64,000 nt of DNA. Source: a virus. The translations under genes and the position numbers were made by a program. The stretch lies in IMG/VR virus record IMGVR_UViG_3300028534_000002; one strand, given 5' to 3'. The stretch's first letter is position 1. Each line of letters begins with the position of its first letter. Of this stretch, positions 56,084-63,318 are shown one piece after another. The notes under the pieces were generated by a model. It saw only the letters and a list, made by a program, of their open reading frames with translations, did not search any database and had not been told where the DNA came from.

Positions 56084-57094
56084 ATGAAGCTACATAAAAA
56101 TGCAAAAAAGAATGCACAAAAAGCGTTTGACGTGCTTGACGACAAAATTAAGTCAATTCACGGCAACAGATACAAATATGACAACTTTGTATATTTGTCA
56201 TCGTCAGATAAATCACATGTTACGTGTAGACTACATGGTGATTTTCTTGTCTCAATGAGAGCTCATTTGTCAAAAGATGAAAAAATAAGAACTCATTGTC
56301 CAAAATGTAAAAAGATTTACACAAAAAGGCAGAACATCAAAAAACGAAAGGACAAGGCTTTATCTGACGCAAAAAGACTTCATAACGGATATTATGATTA
56401 TTCAAAGTTCGTCTTTGAGGGAATGTCAAAAAAAGGTATAGTAATATGCCCTGAGCATGGTGAGTTCTTAGTAAATATGACTGAACATACTGGAGTCAGA
56501 AGAACCAGATGCAGGAAGTGTGTAGACAGAGATATGGGTATCGCAAACAGAAACTCACAGGACGACGTAGTTAAGCGTTTTTTTGAAGTGCATGGAGACA
56601 AATATGATTACTCTGCTGTTAAGTATACTAGAACTTGTGACAAGGTTGATATTTATTGTAAAAAACATAGAGTTTGGTTCAAGCAGACTCCAAATGGTCA
56701 CCTTACTGGAAGGTCTGGGTGTACAACTTGTGCTGAAATAAAGATGATTACATCAAAGCTCTCAGAGGAGCATAGAAATGTAAAATTCAATATATACTAC
56801 ATAGAGCTTAATGGAGTGTATAAGATTGGAGTTACATCAAGAGGACTTCGTTCTCGCTATGGAAAAGATGTTATGAATATTGCAAAAATATTATACTGGT
56901 CTAAAGAGCTTGATATTGATACTGCTGTATCTGTAGAGCAAAAAATTGTTAGACGCTACAGTAAGTTTACTTATACTGGAAAGCCACTTATTGAGAAGGA
57001 TAGATATGTTGGTAATCACAAAGAATGGTTTTGTACAGACATCTTCAAAGGAGATTACTCAAGACTCCAAAAGATGTGCAATAAACAAAGATAG
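56084..57094 (+). CDS. free-standing homing endonuclease-like protein (3 Cys/His repeats + T5orf172/GIY-YIG-superfamily domain), 336 aa
   Basis: Three repeats of the type HG..Y.Y..V.......(V/I).C..HG.F......H.......C..C. C-terminus YYIELNGVYKIGVTSRGLRSRY...NHKEWF. Lies directly after the RNAP gene. Confidence 0.7.
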   Translation: MKLHKNAKKNAQKAFDVLDDKIKSIHGNRYKYDNFVYLSSSDKSHVTCRLHGDFLVSMRAHLSKDEKIRTHCPKCKKIYTKRQNIKKRKDKALSDAKRLHNGYYDYSKFVFEGMSKKGIVICPEHGEFLVNMTEHTGVRRTRCRKCVDRDMGIANRNSQDDVVKRFFEVHGDKYDYSAVKYTRTCDKVDIYCKKHRVWFKQTPNGHLTGRSGCTTCAEIKMITSKLSEEHRNVKFNIYYIELNGVYKIGVTSRGLRSRYGKDVMNIAKILYWSKELDIDTAVSVEQKIVRRYSKFTYTGKPLIEKDRYVGNHKEWFCTDIFKGDYSRLQKMCNKQR

Positions 57095-57124
57095 GCACTC
57101 CTTGTGAGTGTCTTCTTTTTTTTC
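57094..57124 (+). terminator. rho-independent terminator
   Basis: GGCACTC-cttgt-GAGTGTC (one G-U) followed by TTCTTTTTTTTT. Confidence 0.8.
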
Positions 57125-57133
57125 TTAAAACTG

Positions 57134-57156
57134 AAAGAGCATAGCTCTTTTTTATA
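57134..57156 (+). terminator. second tandem terminator
   Basis: AAAGAGC-ata-GCTCTTT followed by TTTTAT. Confidence 0.6.
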
Positions 57157-57397
57157 ATTGTTGTCTTGCAGACGGCTTTTTTTTGTTTATTAAGCGATAA
57201 TGGCATGATATAAGAGGCATGATATGAGATTGTGAACCAGTTGAATGTGTTGTTCTATGAAAGTCTTTATTCTTTTCTATATAAGGCGAAAATGAAATCT
57301 GCTTTAAATTCATTGATTGTGGTGTTTGGAAGAGTTTTTGTGTGTAAAGTGTGGTCTTACACTGTGTATAATGAGACCATACAGTATTTCCTTATTA

Positions 57398-57670
57398 TTT
57401 TGTATATATCTGCATTGTTTTGTATATATCTGCAGAACTATAGGAACAATAGGAATAGTTCTTGTTTCTTGCATTGTTCCTGCATTGTTCCTGTTTTTCA
57501 AATCCCACAATCTCGGTCATTTCCTATTGTTCTTGTTGTTCTGCGAGAATATGGCATATTATTGTTCTTGTGTCCAATTGTTCCTGTTCTAAACTCAGGA
57601 ATAATACAAGAATAATAAAGAAAATAATAGTTCTTATATTTTTTTAACATAATATTACAAGAACTATTGT
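57398..57670. repeat. iteron-like repeat array (candidate replication origin or operator array)
   Basis: TGTATATATCTGCA x2 with period 20 (57401-57414, 57421-57434). GCATTGTTCCT x2 in tandem (57471-57492). ATTGTTC(T/C)TG at 57526, 57561 and 57577. Inverted copies AGGAACAAT (57442) and CAAGAACTATT (57659) versus AATAGTTCTTG (57454). Confidence 0.7.
57497..57516 (+). promoter_or_regulatory. conserved 20-nt motif TTCAAATCCCACAATCTCGG (copy 2)
   Basis: 18/20 identical to 53253-53272. Lies inside the iteron region upstream of the ATPase gene. Confidence 0.5.
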
Positions 57671-57706
57671 ATACTTGTAGTGTATTATATTTTCGGAAAA
57701 GAGTTA

Positions 57707-58762
57707 ATGATGAAAAACTACAAAGAAGAGCTATTCTTGGATGATGCATTCTGGAATAAGTTCGGAGAGATTGAACCAGACAATGCATCAGATAATAAGG
57801 TACTGCCTTACAATGGAGTTGGTTTTGTGTTTGGAAAACCTGCTAGTAGAAAAACAACCATTGTATTAGACACTGTCAAATCAATGTCTTTCGATAGAAA
57901 GTATTACGTTGATTGCGACAGTAAAAGTATAGCACAAGCAAAAACAACATTTACTGAATTATCTAAATTTGATAACTTCAAGTACATGAATACTTTGTTG
58001 GCTGATGTTGAACCAGTAGAGTATCTCAATAGAATACTTGAAACAATCAAGTTGGCAAAAGAAGATGTTAAGTATGAGTTCGATGAAGAACTTCAAGAAG
58101 AAGTTGAGATTAAAGGTGATTTGGTTGATGCTTCGTTTTGTATTGTTGTTGACACTTGGCATCAGGTTATAGAAGATGAAAACGACAATCATCTTGTAAA
58201 GGCTTTGATGAAGAAGTGCAGAAGCTATGCTCAAAGGTATAACATTTTAATTGTATTTATTGCTCATGTTGGCAAGTCTAAAGATAACGATATCAGAGGA
58301 GCATCAGCAGTCTCTGGTGATGCAACATTCAAAGTTCTTGTTGAGTCTTCTGATATTGACAATGAGTTTAAGATAACACCAACAAAAGATAGTTTGGGTA
58401 TTCTTGAATCAAGCACAGCAATATTTACACAAAGCTCATCAATCTCTAACTCAGAGATTAAATATTCAACTGAAATTAAAGAGGAGAAAAAAGTGAAGCC
58501 AAAAGATGCAGCATTACAGGCAACAATGGTGAATATTGTTAGAGATAAAATAAAAGAGAATGGCAATATAAGATTACTGTTTGGGGAGTTTAAAGAGTTC
58601 TTGATTGATAACGCAAACAAGATAAACAAATTTAAGCCATCCGATCCATTATTTTTATCAGAGTATTTTATAAAAAATAACTTTTCTGATTTTGCAACAT
58701 CTTTATTTGAGGTTGAAAATGCAGGTAGACGAAAATATATCGTAGGTATTTTGAACCAGTGA
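57707..58762 (+). CDS. RecA-fold P-loop ATPase (RepA/DnaB-C-terminal-like), 351 aa
   Basis: Start moved to ATG 57707 (GGAAAAGAG RBS). Walker A GKPASRKTT, Walker B FCIVVDTW, then ILIVFIAHVGKS...RGASA. Lies downstream of the iteron array. Confidence 0.65.
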   Translation: MMKNYKEELFLDDAFWNKFGEIEPDNASDNKVLPYNGVGFVFGKPASRKTTIVLDTVKSMSFDRKYYVDCDSKSIAQAKTTFTELSKFDNFKYMNTLLADVEPVEYLNRILETIKLAKEDVKYEFDEELQEEVEIKGDLVDASFCIVVDTWHQVIEDENDNHLVKALMKKCRSYAQRYNILIVFIAHVGKSKDNDIRGASAVSGDATFKVLVESSDIDNEFKITPTKDSLGILESSTAIFTQSSSISNSEIKYSTEIKEEKKVKPKDAALQATMVNIVRDKIKENGNIRLLFGEFKEFLIDNANKINKFKPSDPLFLSEYFIKNNFSDFATSLFEVENAGRRKYIVGILNQ

Positions 58763-58987
58763 TGCACAATGATTGACTTTCTTTAAAAACAATTGTTTAA
58801 AAAATAAGAGCTTTTAACTGCTTACCTATGCCATGGTATAGGAAAGGCATAGTTTTGAGCTCTGAGGCTAAGCTAGACTGCTTAACTAATGTATCAATAT
58901 AAAACAATAAAACTAATTTGAGCCAATCTAAATCTGATTTGTTCTGATGAGTTTTATGCTCAATTTTTTTTCTCAAAAGGATTAACT

Positions 58988-59299
58988 ATGAAAACAACTA
59001 AAATTGAAATTACAACCGACCTTCTTAATGAGATTCTTGTTGACGAGGATCACTCACTCGCTGAGATGATCTTGTGCGAAGATGAGATCATTGATCTCTA
59101 CAATGGTGGAGATATTGATGAGCTCGTTGAGCGAATCAACGCATCTACTGACGACATAGTTGAAGAGATTCAGCGTGCTAAAGAAGATGGCGATAGTCGT
59201 CGTTTCTTCACCTGGGTTCAGGCAATGGAGAATCGTCTTAAGCGTGAGGTTGTGGAGTTCAACTCTACGCCTATTGGTACTTGTAACGACTGTGGATGA
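58988..59299 (+). CDS. acidic protein ending in half a zinc ribbon (103 aa; continues in frame past TGA to 59362)
   Basis: RBS AAAGGATTAACT-ATG. Ends ...GTCNDCG-TGA. The next 20 in-frame codons read TVTRRDGHHCPSCGSDAIIS-TAA, which completes a CxxC-x12-CxxC ribbon. Confidence 0.6.
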   Translation: MKTTKIEITTDLLNEILVDEDHSLAEMILCEDEIIDLYNGGDIDELVERINASTDDIVEEIQRAKEDGDSRRFFTWVQAMENRLKREVVEFNSTPIGTCNDCG

Positions 59300-59425
59300 A
59301 CAGTCACACGCAGAGATGGACATCATTGTCCATCGTGTGGCAGTGATGCCATTATTAGCTAAGGCTAATTTGTAGGCTCTTAGGAGTCTACTGATTAACT
59401 TTTGAACCAAGTAAAGGAGTATGTT

Positions 59426-59608
59426 ATGAAGAAGTTGATTGATGTTGGAGATAGATTTGTATCCAAGAAGTATGGTTACATTGTGACAATTATCAAGTTG
59501 CCTATAGGAAAGGTGTGTTTCTCTGCGCAAAATAGAGATACTGTTGTAGAAATGTCAAAGGCAGACTTCTTCGACTGCTTTAAAAAATTCTTAGAAGGAG
59601 ATAGATAA
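59426..59608 (+). CDS. small early protein (60 aa)
   Basis: Start moved to MKKLIDV (AAGGAG 6 nt upstream). Confidence 0.6.
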   Translation: MKKLIDVGDRFVSKKYGYIVTIIKLPIGKVCFSAQNRDTVVEMSKADFFDCFKKFLEGDR

Positions 59609-59609
59609 G

Positions 59610-59831
59610 ATGAAATATTTACTAATAGTTTTACTTGGATTGGTTCTAGTTGGTTGTGGAGAGACTCAAAACAACATTAATAATGTCCAGTTTACAGCAT
59701 CAGAAATGTATTCAAATTGTATCGAGGATTATATGTCGGATGCTACTAAACTTGATAAAGACCTTGATCCTTATGAAGCAATTGATATCTTGAGTTATCA
59801 AGCTCAAGAATATTGTGACGCTACTCTTTAG
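59610..59831 (+). CDS. small lipoprotein (73 aa)
   Basis: Signal peptide MKYLLIVLLGLVLVG-C with lipobox LVGC. GGAG RBS overlapping the upstream stop. Confidence 0.7.
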   Translation: MKYLLIVLLGLVLVGCGETQNNINNVQFTASEMYSNCIEDYMSDATKLDKDLDPYEAIDILSYQAQEYCDATL

Positions 59832-59924
59832 AGTAGTGCTCAACAATTGAGATACATTCGTGTATTTGACTGGTTTAGCACGCTTCTTTAACCACATTCT
59901 CATAATCTTACAAAGGACAATATC

Positions 59925-60404
59925 ATGACTTACGAAAATCTTACTGTATCTCAAATTATAGCCACAATAAATTCTATTAATAATCTTTACAGAGCCGCAA
60001 AGCCTGCAAAGCCAATTCTCGATGCATTAGAGATCCTCGAGTCAGTTGCTAGTAGCAGAATAGACTTGGAAGAAGAGATCTATTACGATAGATTAGAGTT
60101 TGAGAAATTTGATAAATCCATTCAAGCAGAATTCGACATTAGCAACAACTTCTACGAAGAAGATGTTGATGAATTCGAATGGCATGATAATCCTAATGTC
60201 TATGAACCAGTTCTAGATGATACGGTTCGCTTACTCTTGGATCTCTATCCTAGAGAATCTTTAAACGATATGATGCTGGACTTGATGTCTGGAATCGATA
60301 GAGTATTCTACTCGTTCAATGGCGTACCTCTACTGTTGTCAGAGGAGGCAGAGTTTATAACGATGTCTGCCATCTCGCTACTAGAGAGTCGTATAAAGAG
60401 ATAA
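59925..60404 (+). CDS. strongly acidic early protein (159 aa)
   Basis: About 33 D/E versus 13 K/R by count. RBS AAAGGA. Confidence 0.65.
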   Translation: MTYENLTVSQIIATINSINNLYRAAKPAKPILDALEILESVASSRIDLEEEIYYDRLEFEKFDKSIQAEFDISNNFYEEDVDEFEWHDNPNVYEPVLDDTVRLLLDLYPRESLNDMMLDLMSGIDRVFYSFNGVPLLLSEEAEFITMSAISLLESRIKR

Positions 60405-60478
60405 TATCTCTATTTGAGTGCATATTTGTGCACTCTGATAGGCATATTTATATGTCAATTTTCCTTTAGGAGTTCGAA

Positions 60479-61000
60479 ATGAAATACAGTAAAATGACAG
60501 ATATTGAATTAATCAGCTTAGTTACAGAGAAGTTATCTCCAGAGCAAATTGCTGAGATTAATAATCTGAGTATTGGCCTCAAACCAAAGGCTGATATGCT
60601 TGATGAGGTAAAAAAGACTTTGACTAAAAAGTATCCTGATATTAGAGAAGAGCTTGTTGAGCTTAAGCTTGCCAAGGCCTTAGCACTGGCAAAGAAGCTT
60701 TACCAAAGCTCTCTACATATCGTAGATGGTCATTTGGCTGTTATAAAGACAATCCATATGGACGATGAACTGGATAAGCTCAATGAGAAAGAGTATAAGA
60801 ACTTCCTGTTCATGGCCAACCTCAAGCAAAGCGTTAACACATTAGAGGTGATGGTGCTTGAGCAAGGATTGAGAAAGGTGATGTCAATTAGTAGCAATAT
60901 TCTACTTGATCTCGAGCCAGAGTTGATCGTCGAGATCAAGAAACGCATAAATGGAGAGAAACCTCTACCAGACAACGCACTAGACAACGTAATATTCTAG
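60479..61000 (+). CDS. early protein, family B (173 aa), paralog of 53540-54097
   Basis: See 53540-54097. RBS TAGGAG. Confidence 0.75.
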   Translation: MKYSKMTDIELISLVTEKLSPEQIAEINNLSIGLKPKADMLDEVKKTLTKKYPDIREELVELKLAKALALAKKLYQSSLHIVDGHLAVIKTIHMDDELDKLNEKEYKNFLFMANLKQSVNTLEVMVLEQGLRKVMSISSNILLDLEPELIVEIKKRINGEKPLPDNALDNVIF

Positions 61001-61008
61001 TGGTACAG

Positions 61009-61060
61009 TGAACCAATGAGTGAGTGAGTCTATCCAATAGTAATACTACTCATTGGTTCA
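61009..61060 (+). other. TGAACCAATGAGT-n26-ACTCATTGGTTCA hairpin after family-B' gene
   Basis: 13-bp perfect stem, 9 nt past the stop at 61000. Variant of the 54105 element (GAACCAaT instead of GAACCAgT). Confidence 0.75.
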
Positions 61061-61065
61061 GATAA

Positions 61066-61113
61066 GTTTATATGGACACATCTTTTAATCCTTTGTGGTG
61101 TGTCTATATAAAC
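61066..61113 (+). promoter_or_regulatory. 15-bp-stem hairpin with conserved loop ...AATCCTTTGTGG, upstream of 61133
   Basis: GTTTATATGGACACA / TGTGTCTATATAAAC with one G-U on the + strand. Ends 19 nt before the ATG. Confidence 0.7.
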
Positions 61114-61132
61114 TTATAAATAGGAGTCGAAA

Positions 61133-61534
61133 ATGGCAATATTAAGTAGAGACATAATCAATACACCAAGCGATTTAAAAGGAGTAGCATTAGATACTGG
61201 AGCGGAAGCATTATTTGCTACCAGAGAAGTATTGAGAGTTACAACAAATACTCTTCAACTTATGAACATGATGTTAGAGCGTATGGCTCATGCACTTGAG
61301 TTGATCAATAGTGAAGAGTTAGATGATGCATTCTCTAACATGCTTGAGTCACTTGAAAATATTAAGCGATCAGAAGAGTTCACCGAGGATGAGAAGAAAA
61401 ATCTGTCTTTAATGAGAATTTCTATTTTTGAGATGAGATCCAAAGAAATTGTAGAAAAAGATTACGATACTCATCCAATCAAAGATACAATTGAAGATCT
61501 TAAAAAGAAATACAAAGCAACTAAGAGGGGATAA
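61133..61534 (+). CDS. early protein, family A (133 aa), paralog of 52501-52905
   Basis: See 52501-52905. RBS TAGGAG. Confidence 0.7.
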   Translation: MAILSRDIINTPSDLKGVALDTGAEALFATREVLRVTTNTLQLMNMMLERMAHALELINSEELDDAFSNMLESLENIKRSEEFTEDEKKNLSLMRISIFEMRSKEIVEKDYDTHPIKDTIEDLKKKYKATKRG

Positions 61535-61553
61535 TTCCCTCTCTGCATTGAGC

Positions 61554-61600
61554 TTATATGAGCCTATATTTTCTATATCCTTTGGTATAGGTTCATATAA
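61554..61600 (+). promoter_or_regulatory. 15-bp-stem hairpin with conserved loop ...ATATCCTTTGG, upstream of 61622
   Basis: TTATATGAGCCTATA / TATAGGTTCATATAA with one G-U on the + strand. Ends 21 nt before the ATG. Homologous in layout to 61066-61113. Confidence 0.7.
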
Positions 61601-61621
61601 ATTCAATACAAGGAGAAAGCA

Positions 61622-61852
61622 ATGGATTTTAGAATACCTGATGATTATTGCAAAGCAGAAGTAGCTATGCATAAAATAATAGTCGATACAATCACGAGGT
61701 TCGACAATAAGAGCTTAAATGGAGTCCTGAGACACCTACCTAAGGGTCTAAGACCAAAGCTCTTATTTGGCGTTCTAAGCAGTATCCTTGAAATTAGCCA
61801 AGAACGTTGCAGAAGTGCAGTGAACCAGAAGTATAAGAGGAGAAAAAAATAA
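61622..61852 (+). CDS. small early protein with basic C-terminus (76 aa)
   Basis: RBS AAGGAG at 7-nt spacing. Confidence 0.6.
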   Translation: MDFRIPDDYCKAEVAMHKIIVDTITRFDNKSLNGVLRHLPKGLRPKLLFGVLSSILEISQERCRSAVNQKYKRRKK

Positions 61853-61940
61853 ATATCTATGTAGAAGATGTGTAGGTTCATCGAGTATCCTTAGGGGTAC
61901 TCTCTTGAGCTTAGCTCATATTCTAAAACAGGAGAATGTT

Positions 61941-62117
61941 ATGACGCAGTTAGAATTAGAAACAATTAAGGTACAGGCAGAGGCATTAGAGATTGATATA
62001 GTAGTCACTCACTATGACGTAAACAGATTCAGTGTAACAATTTGTTCACATGTCTACACAGACCTACACAGAGCACTTAGTGCTCTGAGCACTATATTTC
62101 TTAAAAGGAATAAATAA
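61941..62117 (+). CDS. small early protein (58 aa)
   Basis: Start moved to MTQLELE (CAGGAG RBS). The track start at 61905 lies inside a hairpin. Confidence 0.55.
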   Translation: MTQLELETIKVQAEALEIDIVVTHYDVNRFSVTICSHVYTDLHRALSALSTIFLKRNK

Positions 62118-62347
62118 TGATAGATTATGAAGTTTCAAATGTTATTAGTATTGAGTTTTCAGAGCTATCAAAAAATTGCATCAATGGACTTAACAAAATT
62201 AATCCAAGACATTCTCGTATTTCTTTTGGCAAAAGAGAGATTGTTCTTACAATAGAATCTATAGCTACAATACATGAGCTCTATGATATTAAAAAACTAA
62301 TGATTGAAGAAAAATGCAATCTTTTGATTGTATTTGACAGTTATTAA
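62117..62347 (+). CDS. small early protein (76 aa)
   Basis: ATG overlaps the upstream stop (TAATGA). Confidence 0.55.
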   Translation: MIDYEVSNVISIEFSELSKNCINGLNKINPRHSRISFGKREIVLTIESIATIHELYDIKKLMIEEKCNLLIVFDSY

Positions 62348-62425
62348 AAAGTAATAAAACATATCATTTATTACAATATTTAAAAAATATATCAATTAGC
62401 TTACAACATGAATTGTTCTACACAT

Positions 62426-62449
62426 TAAAATAAGCACTTTTTAGTGCTT
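62426..62449. repeat. 24-nt hairpin repeat TAAAATAAGCACTTTTTAGTGCTT (copy 1; candidate terminator)
   Basis: AAGCACT-tttt-AGTGCTT; identical to 63295-63318. Confidence 0.8.
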
Positions 62450-62454
62450 GGCTC

Positions 62455-62483
62455 TTGACAAATAAGTAAATTTTTGATATAAT
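62455..62483 (+). promoter_or_regulatory. consensus sigma70 promoter (TTGACA-17 nt-TGaTATAAT)
   Basis: Perfect -35 at 62455-62460, exact 17-nt spacer, extended -10 TG at 62475-62476, perfect -10 at 62478-62483. Confidence 0.75.
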
Positions 62484-62489
62484 GTTTTT

Positions 62490-62646
62490 TATAAAAAAAC
62501 ATTAAAATCAACTTCCAACAAAGAGGATAACAAAGGTTTACCAGTCTTCCTGTAGCTGTCCTCTTTCTTGGTGGTTGTAACAGCTATGAATGACTGGTAA
62601 TCTTTCAACAAGCTAATCACTAAAATTATAATTATACCGAGGATAA
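62490..62646 (+). promoter_or_regulatory. about 157-nt structured 5' leader of the small ATPase gene
   Basis: Nested stems TTACCAGTC (62538-62546)/GACTGGTAA (62592-62600) and TAGCTGT (62553-62559)/ACAGCTA (62580-62586). A competing pair AAGAGGA (62521-62527)/TCCTCTT (62559-62565). Confidence 0.5.
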
Positions 62647-63297
62647 ATGACACTTATGGATAAAGATAGATTAGTTCTTTCTCCTGTGAAGCGTTTAGCC
62701 GAAGTATTTCCTGAAAATAAGGTAACTTTGGTTCTTGGGCTTCCAGGAAGTGGAAAAACGACCAGTGTGCTTAAAGCACTAAAACAGGACGGAATTAAGC
62801 CAATATGGTTTAATTATGATCATTCTGATACTGTCATTGACACAAGCAATGATGTTGATATGTTTGATGGTGAGTATGTTCCATACTTTATAAATGGAGA
62901 AATAGACGATATAAAAAATCGTGTTATTGTTATTGACACCTATGAAAGAATGTGGGAGCAGCTAGAGTTCAGAAACATGCAGAAGGAGAAAGAGTTCAGA
63001 TTGACAAGAGTTGAGCTTCAGCACAGCATAGTAACACTTCTTGAAAAAGTTTCTGAACAAAACAATAATACTATTATCGTTATAGCTCACCCAGAAGAAT
63101 ATGTTGGTAGAGATGGTATCTTTAAGGACAATCCTACATTGGCTAGAAGAGCCTATGAAATATTGTCTTTTGAAAAGAGACTAAGTACATCAATAAAGGA
63201 GTTAAAGGCTGGAAATGCTGAAACAAATTTTATGTACATAAAGAAAGGCAGATGTTATACTGGAAAAACAACATTCATTGATTGGATGAGAGACTAA
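62647..63297 (+). CDS. small RecA-fold P-loop ATPase (AAA_24/Sak4-like size and motifs), 216 aa
   Basis: Walker A GLPGSGKTT, Walker B RVIVIDTY, then TIIVIAHPE. Motif-level paralog of 57707-58762. Confidence 0.6.
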   Translation: MTLMDKDRLVLSPVKRLAEVFPENKVTLVLGLPGSGKTTSVLKALKQDGIKPIWFNYDHSDTVIDTSNDVDMFDGEYVPYFINGEIDDIKNRVIVIDTYERMWEQLEFRNMQKEKEFRLTRVELQHSIVTLLEKVSEQNNNTIIVIAHPEEYVGRDGIFKDNPTLARRAYEILSFEKRLSTSIKELKAGNAETNFMYIKKGRCYTGKTTFIDWMRD

Positions 63298-63318
63298 AAT
63301 AAGCACTTTTTAGTGCTT
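63295..63318. repeat. 24-nt hairpin repeat (copy 2; candidate terminator)
   Basis: Identical 24-mer overlapping the stop of the ATPase gene 62647-63297. Confidence 0.8.

Noticed and set aside
57160-57185. GCCGTCTG on the minus strand resembles the Neisseria DNA uptake sequence core
   Set aside because: It is a single partial match (GCCGTCTGCA, not GCCGTCTGAA) inside a weak third terminator hairpin. The host is evidently AT-rich, so this is treated as coincidence.
57232-57788. ORFs of 61-127 aa across the iteron region on both strands
   Set aside because: They are translated tandem and inverted repeats that overlap in several frames, with no RBS. The region lies between strong terminators and the ATPase RBS.
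59297-59299. Genome-wide TGA reassignment (code 4 or 25) as the explanation for the split zinc ribbon
   Set aside because: Standard-code ORFs of 3071 and 1735 codons contain no TGA and use TGG for Trp. TGA also serves as an ordinary stop (for example 58760-58762). At most this is a local event.
53677-59530. Minus-strand ORFs antisense to early genes (53677-54090, 54484-54792, 58264-58767, 59054-59530, 60730-60987)
   Set aside because: They are fully embedded antisense to better-supported + strand genes with RBSs and paralog support. No expression signals are visible.
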